Assembly: GCF_006345805.1 (NCBI RefSeq)
Contig: NC_043012.1
Coordinates: 32,860,001 to 32,924,000 of the forward strand
DNA: 64,000 nucleotides
DNA from: Octopus sinensis
Taxonomy: Eukaryota
Reading direction: 5' to 3'
Shown here: one piece after another, positions 22,260 to 34,951 of the stretch
How the letters are laid out: each line of letters starts with the position of its first letter
How positions within the stretch are numbered: position 1 is the first letter of the stretch
Notes under the pieces: model-generated
What the model was told of the DNA's origin: nothing
The model's input: the letters and a program-made list of their open reading frames with translations, nothing else
Databases searched by the model: none
Translations under genes and position numbers: made by a program

Positions 22260-25200
22260 TTTCAGCCTCGCCTCGTGTTATATATTATGTATAATTCATT
22301 AGTTCTTCTCAAATATATTGTTGTCTCTCTCATGTCCTGTGTTAAATATATATATAATCCTATACATCGGCCCCCTAATTTTATCGATTAGCCCCACTGG
22401 CGCTCACACATGGCTGCTAGTTTTCGCAGGGGCACCCGCCCTCCCACCCCCTCCACCGTTACAGGAAGTCCTAAATTTTCTCATGTACACTTCAAAGTCT
22501 TACGCCGCCCCCACCGCTACAGGAAGTCCTAAATTTTCTCATCCTTGTTGTCTCCCATGTACACTTCAAAGTCTTACGCCACCCCCACCTCCTTCCATAA
22601 AAGGTAGTGGTCATTCATTGCAAGATATGTTTAGTGTAGCGTACGCGGTTTGAACTTGAGTTTTATTGTTTGTCTATGAATCCTGTCAAACACGAGTTTT
22701 CTTTTCAGGTTCATGATGCTACTAGGGCCAATACCTCCCACTCCCTCAGGGTTGGCACCCTCAACGTTGGCACACTGAAAGGCAGATCTGGAGAGATCGT
22801 TGAATTGCTTGAACGGAGGTGTGTTGATATATGCTGTATTCAAGAAGTGAGGTGGAGAGGAGGTTCTGCTAGGTTCCTCACAGGTAAAGGACAGAGGTAC
22901 AAGATTTTCTGGGCTGGGAATACTGACGGGGTCGGGGGTGTGGGTATACTTATGGCCGAAAAATGGGTAGATAAGGTAATCGAGGTAGTCAGAGTATGTG
23001 ACAGAATACTGAAGATTAGATTAGTGCTCCATCATAGTTTAGCAACTATTATATCGGTCTATGCCCCTCAGCCAGGGCTACCCGATGGACAGAAAGACCG
23101 TTTCTATGACACCCTACTGCAGACCACCTCATTGATGAATGACAGGGACCTTCTCTTTGTGGTTGGTGACTTCAATGGGCATGTTGGACGATATGCTGGG
23201 GGCTTCCATGGAGGCTATGGTTATGGTTCCCGCAACGAGGAGGGAACCAGGCTGCTGGAGTTCTGTGATGCGAATAGTCTTATGGTTTGCAACACTAACT
23301 TCAGGAAACCGACAAGCCACTTGGTCACCTACCGATCGGGCCGGCATACTGGCCAAATCGACTACATCCTTGCCAGAAAAAGGGAAAGATGGCTGCTTAT
23401 AAATGCCAAAACCTTCCCAGGCGAAGAATGTACCCCACAACATAGACTGGTAGTTAGTGACTTTAGGATCAGGACTAAGAGGACGACTAGAAGTCGACCA
23501 ACATGGAGAAGAAGGGTCTGGAAGCTTAAAGACCCTGCAAATGGACAGATTCAGAGACATGTTACTTGAAGCCTTTGATGAAATAGAAGGGGGTATAGCT
23601 ACACATGGGGTAGAAGATAACTGGACGCTTCTAAGGGACAACCTGCTGAAAGCCGCTGACCAGATCTGTGGCTAGTGCAAAGTCCCCTCAAGACCCAAAA
23701 TAACGTGGTGGTGGAACAATATTGTTGACAGGGCTATTAGACAAAAGAAACAGGCTTGGAAGCAGGGAAGTGTATCAGACTGCCAGAAGGGAAGCTAGGA
23801 GGCAGGTGTATTTAGCCAGAGGGGAAGCAGATAAGAAAAAATTTGCCAATGTTCTGCGCCGTGAGGATGAAAGACTTGAGGTATTTCGTGTTACAAGACA
23901 GTGTGTGAGAGAGAATCGTGATGTGGTAGGAGAGAAATGTGTTCGCAAGGATGACGGTTCACTTGCGCTAAATGAGGATGCAAAGAGAGAGGTTTGGAGA
24001 CGCCACTATGAAAGGTTGCTGAATGAGGAAAATGAATGGGATAAAGAGAGTCTGCCGAATGTCGACCCAACAGAGGGACCAGCAATCCGAGTTGACAGTT
24101 CCTTAGTAGTTAAGGCAATTACAAGCATGAAAACAAGGAAAGCCCCTGGCCCATCAGGAATTACTGCAGAGATGCTCAAAATATCTGGTAGTGCTGGCTA
24201 TAGCCTAGTCACCCATATAGTTAACCAGGTGATACACGAAGGAGTCATACCCAATTACTGGTGTAGCAGCATAATAGTCAACTGCTACAAAGGTAAAGGT
24301 GACGCTCTAGATACAAATTACTGGGGTATCAAACTGCTGGATCAGGTAATGAAGGTCACGGAGAGGGTTATAGCCCAACTAATTAGAGAGAGAGTTAGCT
24401 TAGATGAGATGCAGTTTGGGTTCATGCCAGGGAAAAGTACAACTGATGCTATATTCCTGGTAAGGCAGCTGCAGGAGAAATATCTAGCCAAAGATAAGCC
24501 CCTGTACCTGGCTTTTGTTGATATGGAGAAAGCCTTCGACAGGGTCCCCCGATCCCTTATCTGGTGGTCAATGAGGAAACTAGGGATAGATGAATGGTTA
24601 GTGAGAGCTGTGCGAGCCATGTACAGAGACGCTGCTAGTAAGGTGAGGGTTGGCAACGAGTACAGTGAAGAATTCCGGGTAGAGGTTGGGGTCCACCAAG
24701 GTTCAGTCCTCAGTCTCCTCCTATTTATCATAGTCCTCCAGGCAATAACGGAGGAATTCAAGACAGGATGCCCCTGGGAGCTCCTCTATGTTGATGACCT
24801 TGCTCTAATTGCTGAGTCACTATCAGAACTGGAGGAGAAGTTTCAGGTGTGGAAACAAGGATTAGAATCGAAGGGCCTTAGAATCAACCTAGCCAAAACC
24901 AAAGTCCTAATAAGTAGGAAGGTAGACCAATCACAAACGACTTCAGGTAGATGGCCCTGCTCGATTTGCAAAAAAGGCGTAGGTAGAAACTCTATAAGGT
25001 GCACCAAGTGTAAGCTATGGACACATAAGAGGTGTAGCAATGTCAAAGGAAGGCTAACTAGGAAAATAGTTTTTATCTGTGGCAGATGCTCAGGAGTAAT
25101 AAACACTGAAAATGTGAAGAGACCAACTTCTACCACGTTCCAGGGAGAAAAACTAGAAGTAGTTGATAGCTTCCGCTACCTAGGTGACCAAGTCAGTAGC

Positions 25201-25850
25201 GAGGGTGGGTGTGCTGAAAGTGTAACTGCTAGAGTAAGAATAGCCTGGGCAAAGTTTAGAGAGCTCTTACCCCTGCTGGTGACAAAAGGCCTCTCGCTCA
25301 GAGTAAAAGGCAGACTGTATGATGCATGTGTACGTACAGCCATGTTACATGGCAGTGAAACATGGACTGTGACTGCTGAGGATATGCATAAGCTCGCAAG
25401 AAATGAAGCCAGTATGCTCCGATGGATGTGTAATGTCAGTGTTCATACTCGACAGAGTGTAAGTACCTTGAGAGAAAAGTTGGACCTAAGAAGCATCAGT
25501 TGTGGTGTGCAAGAGAGACGTTTGCGCTGGGATGGTCATGTGGCGAGAATGGATGAAGATAGTTGTATGAAAAAGTGCCACACCCTAGCAGTTGAGGGAA
25601 CCTGTGGAAGAGGTAGACCCAGGAAAACCTGGGACGAGGTGGTGAAGCACGACCTTCGAACTTTAGGTCTCACCAAGGAAATGACTAGAGACCGAGACCT
25701 ATGAAAGTATGCTGTGCGTGAGAAGACCCGGCAAGACTAGTGAGAACATAACCTGTGGCCTACATACCTTTCCTTCTTGGGACACAAAACTCCACTTGTG
25801 AAGACCCGTTGAGGCAAGTGAAAATCAAAATCAAACCAAATCAAATCCAA
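22260..25850 (+). mobile_element. Near full-length RTE-clade LINE (APE endonuclease + RT + PHD-type finger), disabled
   Basis: ATG at 22676; APE motifs LRVGTLNVGT, ICCIQE, VGDFNGHVG and QIDYIL; RT motifs QFGFMPGKST, FVDMEKAFD, GVHQGSVLS and LYVDD. Lesions: frameshift near 23547, TAG at 23673-23675, frameshifting deletion near 23762, and TGA at 25702-25704 ahead of the likely original TAG at 25738-25740. AAAATC-like repeats near 25820-25850. 5' boundary approximate. Confidence 0.92.
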
Positions 25851-25889
25851 TATAAGAAAGCAGAACCAAAATCAAAGTCGATCAACATC

Positions 25890-26254
25890 AATGGAAATTG
25901 CAGCTGTGGTACCAGTGCCGTGACAAGTAAGCGAACCATCCGATCGTGGCCATTGCCAGCGCCGCCCTGACTGGCCTCCGTGCCGGTGGCACATAAAAGC
26001 ACCATCCGTTCGTGTCCGTTGCCAACCTCGCCTGGCCCCTGTGCCGGTGGCACATAGCACCATCCATTTGTGGCCGTTGCCAGCCTCGCCTGGCCCCCGT
26101 GCCGGTGACACGTAAAAAGCACCCACTACACTCACGGAGTGGTTGGCATTAGGAAGGGCATCCAACTGTAGAAACACTGCCAGATCAGACTGGGCCTGAT
26201 GCAGCCTTCTGGCTTCACAGACCAACCCATGCTAGCATGGAAAGCGGACGCTAA

Positions 26255-26284
<30 letters not shown>
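25890..26284 (+). mobile_element. Family D SINE-like element with an internal tandem module and (GAT)n tail, directly after the RTE LINE
   Basis: Repeated gtgccggtggcac..aaagcaccatcc..gtggccgttgccagcctcgcctggcccc modules, ttaggaagggcatcc core, GAT repeat at about 26256-26286. Confidence 0.8.
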
Positions 26285-26286
<2 letters not shown>

Positions 26287-26289
26287 AGT

Positions 26290-26620
26290 GTCCTGACAGC
26301 TAACAACTGATGCTGGTAGTTTATTCCATACTACAGCGATTCGGAGCATGAAAAAGTGTTTCCAAAGGTCATGAATACTCTGTTGTTTTTCGATTTTGTA
26401 AGCATGTCCACAAGTGTTAGACATATGGAATTCAAAATGGTGCACAAGGTTGTTAGAAAGATGATAAGAGTCTTGTGGGTGTCTACTTAGTTGCCAGATG
26501 TTGGAGCTTTGATGTGTCCATGCCCAGAGAAGCAAGATGTTCAGAGTTCAGTAGATGCCTGACAGCAGATATTCTGAGCTGGTTCTGAAAAGTTTCCAGG
26601 AAACTGACATGCCAGACAAG
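26290..26620 (-). mobile_element. CR1/L2-like LINE 3' fragment
   Basis: TCGHAYKIEK..KHFFMLRIAVVWNKLPASVVSC resembles the CR1-group RT C-terminal motif. Confidence 0.7.
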
Positions 26621-27074
26621 ACAGGGGTCTCCAGTGCAACCATCATTGTGATTTCCTCTCTGTATACTTACATAACAGTTCCAGTTTAGCTCCTACTTGA
26701 AGTTTGAAACCTTTCCGAAAGCATAAATCTGTTAAAATCTTGAAGTAGCTTTAGTAAAACTTAGCTGCTACTGTCTACATCAAATTTTTAGCTGAATATC
26801 CATCTGCATACTAAAATTCAAACTGCTTCTTTGTGTGCTCTTTGTTTTCAGACCTAAACTACACATTGTCAGGGTAAAATATTTGACTTGTAGACATTAG
26901 TCTTTGAGCAAGAAATAAATTTCAAGGGAATCTGATCCTAACAAACTTCAAAATATAAGAATTTTGTTCGTTATTCTAACATGTCTCTTTTTCTGAATGA
27001 CAAAATGAAAAGAACATGCTGCCATTGTGTATACATACATGCATACATTTGTGTGTGTGTGTGTATATATATAT

Positions 27075-27335
27075 ATCATCATCATCGTTTAACGTCTGTT
27101 TTCCATGTTAGCATGGGTTGGACGGTTCAACCGGGGTCTGGGAAGCCAGGAGGTTGCACCAGGCCCAGTCTGATCTGGCAGTGTTTCTGGATGCCCTTCC
27201 TAACGCCAACTACTCCATGAGTGTAGTGGGTGTTTTTTACATGCCACCGGCACAGGTATCACAACTACAATTTCCATTTGATATTTATTTTGATGTTGAT
27301 GTACTTGACTCAATAAGTCTCCTCAAGCACAGCAG
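27075..27335 (-). mobile_element. Family D SINE-like element
   Basis: catcatcatcgtttaacgtctgttttccatgttagcatgggttggacg..ctggatgcccttcctaacgccaac. Confidence 0.75.
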
Positions 27336-28939
27336 GTCACCCTACGATCCAAGGTTAGCACAGCAGGTCGTTCTGCAATCCAAGGTACTTTGGATGGGCT
27401 GGGGCTATGCGAAACTGGTGCAGGAAGCAGCCATGAACTCACATTATTTGTCGGGAAAAGTACTAAATTGCTTAAAAGTTTTTGTCATCATTGGTATTCA
27501 GTGGAATACCAATGATTCCATTGAATACCTATAACAGAACTCTTAAATCCTACTGACTTCACAGGCAGTGCCAGAAATGGGGACTAGCAACATTTATACA
27601 TTCCTGTATGACATTAGTAACATTAGAAATGAGAAATAGCTGTAATTATTTAGCTAATAACTTAGTTATTTAGTTAGTAATGTAAAATTAGGTCATAGAT
27701 TCAAGTTACTACGAACTTAACTTCACAGCATGCATCAGAGTGAAACAGTCGATGATACAATACAAAAATACTTTAGTTGTAACAGCAGTGGCAAATAATA
27801 GCTAGAATATTGATTCGATAAGAAGAGGAGTAGAAGCAATAATGGAAATGTTGCTTTAGAATGAGAAGTGGGGTGTTTATAGACAGCAGATAAAATGAAA
27901 GAAACAATATCACAGCTTTTCTGTTTGCTGGAACAATTTAATGCAAATGGCCTGGAACTAAACTTGTTTCATATTTTTCTTTCATGTTTTATCGTTCATT
28001 TCCATCCATCTAACCATCTGACACTTCCTTCAATTGCTAATAAATAGACAGGCACATTTATTTGTGTGTGTGTGTGTGTGTGTGTGTAAGCCACATATAC
28101 ATGTCTTTATATAAATTCACTCGATTTGAAAATTTGGTGATAATTTCACGCAACATGATATTTAACCCTTTTGAAGCATTCCTACAGGCAAACGTTATAT
28201 GACTATAACACGATGCAACTTTTCCTGCTATTAATCAATGAATGGACTACTTCAAGATCATAGTAGTTATAACTTGTATAAACCAATACTAACAGCAGGT
28301 CACCTCTTATCGATACATTAATGCTTTAAAATCCATCACCGTTAGCAGCCTTGCTAGTACTACACAGAAGTATTAAGAACGGTTTACACATAAAAGCCGA
28401 TCAGATTTCGATTGGTGAGTCGGGGGCTTCAGAAAACTGACTTGAATGGAAAATTGAACAGTTTGTAGTTCAATAAAAAACAGAAAAAGTCTCTTCTATG
28501 CAATTATTCAATGTGTTAGAAATAGTAGCCAAATCTCCCTCAAATAACAACATCCTAGCATCTTGGAAAAGGGAGGACACACTAATAAACACACAAAGTA
28601 GTTATAGACATGAAAAAAACTGATTATTTTGTCATGGCTGGGATGTCTGATGGAGAGATCTGCTGGATCAGAGCTAAACAAAAGCAAAAACATAAGAGAA
28701 ATCCAGTCGACAGCTTTTGACTGCACAACACACATTTCATTTGTTGATAAAGTGCAGTGAAGTAAGCAGATATGACGTATTGTGGATTAAAGGGTGGGAA
28801 GTTGTGGAAGAGGGAGACCAAGGAAGACACAGAATGCAGTATTGCTGAACCTTACAAAGGAGATGACAGGACTAAGATGTGTGGCACCTTATTGAATTCA
28901 AGAAAACCTGCCAAACACAACAGAATTGAGATTCTAAAA

Positions 28940-29160
28940 CCAAGGTGCCATGTAAAAAAGCACTGGTGCTGGTGCCATGTAAAAAGCCGCATAAAAAGCA
29001 CCCAGTACACTCTGTAAAGTGGTTGGCATTAGGAAGGGCCATGCAGCCATAGAAACCAAGCTGAAACAGACTATGGAACTTGGTGCAGCCTCCCACCTTG
29101 CAAGTTCCTCTCAAGTCTTCCAACTCATGCCAGCATGGAAAATGGATGTTAAATAATAAT
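28940..29160 (+). mobile_element. Family D SINE-like element
   Basis: ggtgccatgtaaaaa repeats, ttggcattaggaaggg core, catgccagcatggaaaatggatgttaaa end. Confidence 0.7.
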
Positions 29161-29550
29161 AATGATGATGGTGATGGTGGTGGTGATGATGATGATGAGG
29201 AGGAGGAGGAGGAGGCCGAGGATTGATGTGTTAGGCGTATTTGTGCTGTTGTATTTGACAGTAATGAGCTGAGCAATCATGAGATAAAAATGAACAGAGA
29301 GAATATCTCTTCAGAAGAATATTTCCTTTCACAAGAAATTTCAATTAGAAACAAGCTCTTTTAACCAACCATAAATAGTCAACTGTTTCTACACTCTTAA
29401 TTTATAAAGGGGGCAAAGCAAAAAATGCTACAAAAGTTATTTGTGGAATGACATAATTTTGGAGGTGTTTTTGTCCATCACTGCAGGCATGGCTGTGTAG
29501 TAAGAAATTTGCTGGACAGAAACTGAAAGAGACCTGTATGTATTTACATT

Positions 29551-30046
29551 ATTTACATTTGACCAATATTTGTCCTCATCTTATTTGTTGTTAACACAAC
29601 GTTTCAGCTGATATACCTTCCGGCCTTCATCAGGTGTCTTGGAGAAATTTCAAACCTGGGTCCTCATTCCTAAGGTATTTTTCAATGTTGTTCTTATTAT
29701 TATTCAAGTCACTGCCTGGAATCAAATTCAGAATCTTGGGGTTAGTAGCCCATGCTCTTAATCACTACGTCGTATGCCCATGGGCCCATGACAGTGATTA
29801 AGAGTGCAGGCTACTAACCCCAAGATTCCAAGTTTGATTCCAGACAGTGACCTGAATAATGATGATGATGAGAAGAAGAAGAAGAGCAGCAGCAGCAACA
29901 ACAACAACAACATCGAAAAATACCTTAGGAATGAGAACCCAGGTTCGAAATTTTTCCAAGACACCTGATAAAGGCAGGAGGGTATATTAGTGAAATGTTG
30001 TGTTAACAACAAACAAGATGGGGACAAATATCCGTCAAATGTAAAT
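29551..30046. mobile_element. Palindromic head-to-head dimer of a tRNA-headed SINE-like unit, each arm ending in a hammerhead-like motif
   Basis: Arms 29551-29780 and 29781-30046 are reverse-complement homologues meeting at gccca|tgggc; each has A/B-box-like sequences in the head and a CTGAT(G/A)A..GAAA(C/T)GTT motif near its 3' end. Confidence 0.8.
29593..29638 (-). ncRNA. Minimal type-I hammerhead-ribozyme-like motif
   Basis: Minus strand reads GACAC CTGATGA A GGCCGG AAGGTATA TCAGCT GAAA CGTT GTGTT: intact CUGAUGA and GAAA, stem I GACAC/GTGTT, palindromic ACGT stem III and a GUU triplet; stem II is imperfect. Confidence 0.6.
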
Positions 30047-31524
30047 ATAGAACTGTATTACCTGTATGTATGTATGTATGTGTTTGTATATATATATATG
30101 TGTGTGCATGTGTATATACATATGTATGTATGTATAGGTATGTATGTATGTATACATTTCCATCCTTGTGTGTGTGTGTGTTCATATGTATTTTCATTAA
30201 CACCATTTCACCATCTCCAATGATACCAGCGGATGACATGAACATCCTTCATATCACAAACCAAGAACACAGCCTAAAGCCCTCACTGCCATCCAAGACC
30301 ATCACCACCATAGTGCCATAACAAATAATCACACACACAGGGGTTGCTCTGGTTTTATGCCAATTTCACTTACACTGATTGTTAATGCCAGTTTGAAACC
30401 TGCCCAAGTTGTTCATATTAATCACAGACACAATTTTGATCAATCAACTCAAACTGCCTTGATTTTACAACAATCAAGAAGAATGCAAAAAAAAGCCAAT
30501 ATTGCAAACTGCCAAAATAAATGCAATACAATTTATACATTCTTGTGGTAATTTAGATGAATAAATGAAGGAGCTATTAACTTTATTAAGGGTGTGAGAT
30601 TTGAACCAGTAAAATATTTCATTTGTGATAAGGCAAAATCTATTTTGGATGCAGTCTATTTTAAGGGAGACAAATGGCAGAGATGGAACATTTTAATATG
30701 GTTAGGGCTGGTTTTCAGGTAATAAGAGTTATTCTAAGTGTTGTTATGTTTTAAAGAACTTGTTTGGCAGCAAGTGCAGGTATCAAAGAAGATGAAGCAT
30801 TTCCTGCAGAATTCCAAGTCATTGTGGCGTTAGGAAGAGCATCCAGCTGTAGAAACACTGCCAGATCAGACTGGGCCCAGTCGAACCGTCCAACCCATGC
30901 TAGCATGGTATAGTGTAGTGTAGATGTATAGTGTAGTGAATATCATAAAGATATTACATTGTGGATGAGATAGATAAAGCCATTTGAAAAATAAAGCTTT
31001 CAATAGCATTTATTGCCATTGAAGAAAACTCTGCATTAAGATTTAAACTTCTAAGGACAGACTTATACTCCTATTTAGGAGTAATGTTTTAGGAGCTCTA
31101 AATTTGAAGCTGATGGTGGTCTAGCACTCCCAAACATCTTGAGTATTGTAAAGATTAAATAGTGGGCCATACATCACCATAGGAACAAAAGCCTATTGTA
31201 AAATATACGTGTGTGTGTATGTGTGTGAGAGAGAGAGTTTGTGTGACTTTTGTGAACCCTTCACTTGATGTCATATAATGGTTGTAAGCAAACACCACCA
31301 TCATACAAGCAATTATTCACTTCCAGTCTTCCATGAAATTGGGCCAAGGAAAATATGTGAGAGTAGAAAGTAGGTTCTATAAATTTCAGAAATCGTCTTG
31401 TGATGTTTGATGCCACGTCATGCTGTGTGGAGGGTTATACCACAAAATGTTTCTATGTCTACATATATTTGCATAAGTTTGGTTATATAGATTATTATGT
31501 TCTTAAAATGTTATCAATATAGGA

Positions 31525-31860
31525 GTGGGTGTGACTGTGTGGTTAAGAAATTTGCTTTTCAGCCACATGGCTTTGGATTCACTCCCACTACGTGGCACAT
31601 TGGGCAAGTATCTTGTACTGTACGTTTGGCCTTGTTAGTAGATTTGGAGGTGCAAATTGAAAGTCGCCTGTGTGTGTGCATGTGTGTTTGTCCTGCACCA
31701 CTGCTTCACAATCGGTGTTGGTTTATTTACATCTCCTTTATATAGCGGTTCAGTAAAGAGAGACTGACGGAATAGAACTGGGTCGATTTATTCGATGAAA
31801 CTCTTCAAGCCAGTGCCCCAGCATGGGCTGCAATGCAATGACTGGAACAAAAGACAAAAG
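31525..31860 (+). mobile_element. tRNA-derived SINE (family A), degenerate
   Basis: gtgactgtgtggttaagaaatttgct head, ttgggcaagt, and gtgccccagcatgg..gactggaacaaaag end. Confidence 0.7.
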
Positions 31861-33365
31861 AAGTATTGACAGGCATACATATTCACACAAGCATCCGCGC
31901 GTACACGTATAAAAACACACACACACGCAATTTGTGACAAGACGCATGACCCTCCTACTTGCCTAACTCAACTGGAAAATTAAGACAACCTTACATTACG
32001 GTTGATTGTAAAGCATGAGCAAAGTTGACAGCAATAAATAACAGTGATGAAAGTAGTTGCGATGACTGCTGAAGTCACAGAAGATGGTGGGGAAGTGAAC
32101 GTTGCTGTTGTCATAGTCGTAGCAGACGAAGAAGTAGCAACAACAGCAGTTGCAGTGAGAAACTGATAAAAGGCAATAATTGAAGTCAACAAGAATATAT
32201 TCTTTTCTTTATCCAGCTCGTGTTTAAAGCTATTGATAAAAGGAAAGCAGCAACGGCTTGCTTTTGATATCTTCTTCTCGACATTGTTGAAGTCATTCCT
32301 TCAAATCAATTGTTCTGGTAAGGAAAGCAAATCACTGCATTAGTTTTTATGTAATTCTTTGTGCTTAGATCAAACGATTTTCGTGTGGATTTCGTTGTGA
32401 AAGTTGATAACATAATAAAGACGCAGTAAAAGAGGGGAAAGCAGTAAACTCAACAGAAAGGAACAAAGATGTTAAAAGGATAGTAGGAGAAAAAAAGAAA
32501 CTTTGTATGTAAGACTCAAGTTTTCTAAGTGGAAAATGGGATATCGAGAGACGAAAAATATGGAAAATCAAGTATTGGTGATTACAGGGGTTAGAGCGAT
32601 ATAAAGATTTTGTACAAATAAATCGGAAAAAAAGTGACAGAAAACGAAGAAATAAATGAAAGGGAAGAAGGCTAAATGAAAAGAAGTAGGAAGAAGAAAG
32701 AGATGAATGAAAATGTGAGAAGACGAATATGAAAAGGAACAGAAATCTCAATGTCTTTTACTCAACTAGAAATTAAAAAAAAAAATTTAATCACAGTCCT
32801 GAACAATGCCAGCCATTGATTTAGATTCGTTATCAAACATTTTCGGTCTTTAAATAAATACAGGAATCCCTCCTGTTAAAGAAGCGATGCATTCCTGAAG
32901 ATCTTGCCGTAATATAAAATATTAAACTGCGAAATTTACTTTTCTATTGATTTTCGTGTTACGAGGTCAGATGATACATTCCGACAGACATTTTTTTTCT
33001 GGGGTTTTTTTTTTCGGAAAAAAAATAAAACCAAAAATGCAGAAGGCATATTTTTATACACGAAAATAATTTCTAAACAGACAGAGGTGCACGCATGGAT
33101 GTGTGGTTAATAAAAGCGCTTTCCTTTCACAAAGTTTCAGGTTCTGTTCCACTGTGCTTCACCTTCAGGTGCTATAGCCCTGGGCCGACCAAAGCTTTGT
33201 GAATAGATTTGATAGTGGGAAACTGAAAAGAATCAGCTCAAGTGTGTGTACAGTGGCTCAGGAACAAAATTTGCTTCAGAGGTGCAAATGTTTTTACGAA
33301 AAAATTGAATTTTTTTCAATGTTAATATTAATACAAATACAAGTATAATAATAATTTTTATTATT

Positions 33366-34440
33366 ATGAGGGCCAGCTGAAATGTTCATAGGCTGAGCAA
33401 GACACTCTCATGGAATGTGACCAAAATGAAGTTCATTTTTTAACATAATTCCTCTTCACACACACTTCCATCAGTGCTTGGATTGCATTGAAGCTATCCT
33501 GTTGGTCAAAAACATCATGAGTAGCAGATAAGACGTCATCATCAGGGCCAAGTGTTTTTTCATGTTGGGAAACAGATGGAGTTCAAAGCCAGTCACGCAC
33601 AGCAACCATGGAAACCAAGGACTTGTGTGCTGAAAGCATTGTCCTAATGAAGCAAGACCTTCACCAGTTTTTCTGGCCGTTTGGTCTTGATAGCCTTTCG
33701 TAACTGCCTTAGAAAGTTGGCATAGAACTCTTCCTTGATGGTGTGGTCATTTTGAAGATAGTCAATAAACACAATGCCTTTTGCATTCCAGAAAACTGAT
33801 GTCATGACCTTCCCTGCAGATGAAACGATCTTTCCTTCTTTAGATGAAGAGGAGTGTTTCTGCTGAATGGATTGCCTCTTTGTTTCTGGTTCAAAACGAT
33901 GAAGCCAACACACATCCTAAGTTACGAAACGTTCAAGGAAATAAGCTGGATCTGCTTCAAACAATGTCGGATATTCCCGTAATATGATCAACCTGGTGCA
34001 CTTTTGATCAAGTGTCAGAAGACGTGACACCCAGCAAGTAGAAACCTTTATCATGCTAAGTTCATTGTGCAGAATATTCTCCACTCTCTCACGGGATATG
34101 CTAATTACATTGACTAATTGCTTTGAAGTCAATCGCTTGTCATCCATCACCATGTGGTGAACACGATCAATGTTTTCCTCGGCAGTTGCAGCTGCAAGAT
34201 GTCCAGACCATGGATCTTCTCAAGACTCTCTCTTCTTCTACTAAATCCAGCTGCCCACTTTTGCACTGTTGATAAAGCTGGAGCGTCATCCTCTAATGTA
34301 TCAGCCATATCAGTATGAATGTCCTTAAGAGCTAAACCCTTTTCCTGCATGTATCTGATTACGACACGATGCCAAATTTTGTCGATTTTTAAGAGAAGTT
34401 GCTAACAGTTACATTTGACGTTTCTCTGAATAATCAGATG
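33366..34440 (-). mobile_element. Mariner transposon relic with pseudogenised transposase
   Basis: Fragments: PALSTVQKWAAGFSRRRESLE, LTSKQLV..ILHNELSMIKVSTCWVSRLLT (WVPxxL motif), FEPETKRQS, SAGKVMTSVFWNAKGIVFIDYL; several frameshifts. Confidence 0.88.
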
Positions 34441-34623
34441 CCAGTTTACTTGGAAAGAAATAATGCAGTTATTAATAAGAAGTCTTGAAATTACTGCAAA
34501 CAAGATTCCTCAGCTCTCACATCTCTCCTTCATTATCAGGCTGTAAACTTTTCAATCTACTCTCATACATATGTAAAATACTTCAAATTTTTCCAAAACA
34601 TTTTGTACGCTTGATCATTTTGA

Positions 34624-34951
34624 CAATGAAACTTTCCATGAATATGTGTAAAGTGTTTTTCTTGCACAAGTTTTTATGCACATGCCTTATGGCACAGTGT
34701 GTTAGGCAGTGCTGCATCATTGTAGTATGGAACCAGGTCTTCAAATGGCGAAGTGCATTGAACGTTCTCACGATTGGTGCAAAGACAGGATAAGCTGCAA
34801 GCGAGAGAATGTTCAGCGCACTTCGCAGTTTGACGACCTAGCTCCATACCACAATGACACAGCACTGTCTAACACACTGTGCCATAATGCATGTGCATAA
34901 AAGCTTGTGCAAATGAAAATTCGTTGCACATCCTAATGGAAAGTTTCATTG
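34624..34951. mobile_element. MITE-like inverted repeat (arms of about 146 bp, roughly 80% identical, 35-bp spacer)
   Basis: 34624-34769 is reverse-complement homologous to 34805-34951. Confidence 0.8.

Noticed and set aside
23129-25136. Antisense ORFs within the LINE (23129-23641, 24342-24761, 24843-25136)
   Set aside because: Typical antisense shadows of RT/APE coding sequence.
31980-32751. Minus-strand ORFs resembling a Thr/Ser-rich or hydrophobic protein
   Set aside because: Low-complexity purine-rich DNA; the candidate acceptor is followed by in-frame stops; no homology recognised.
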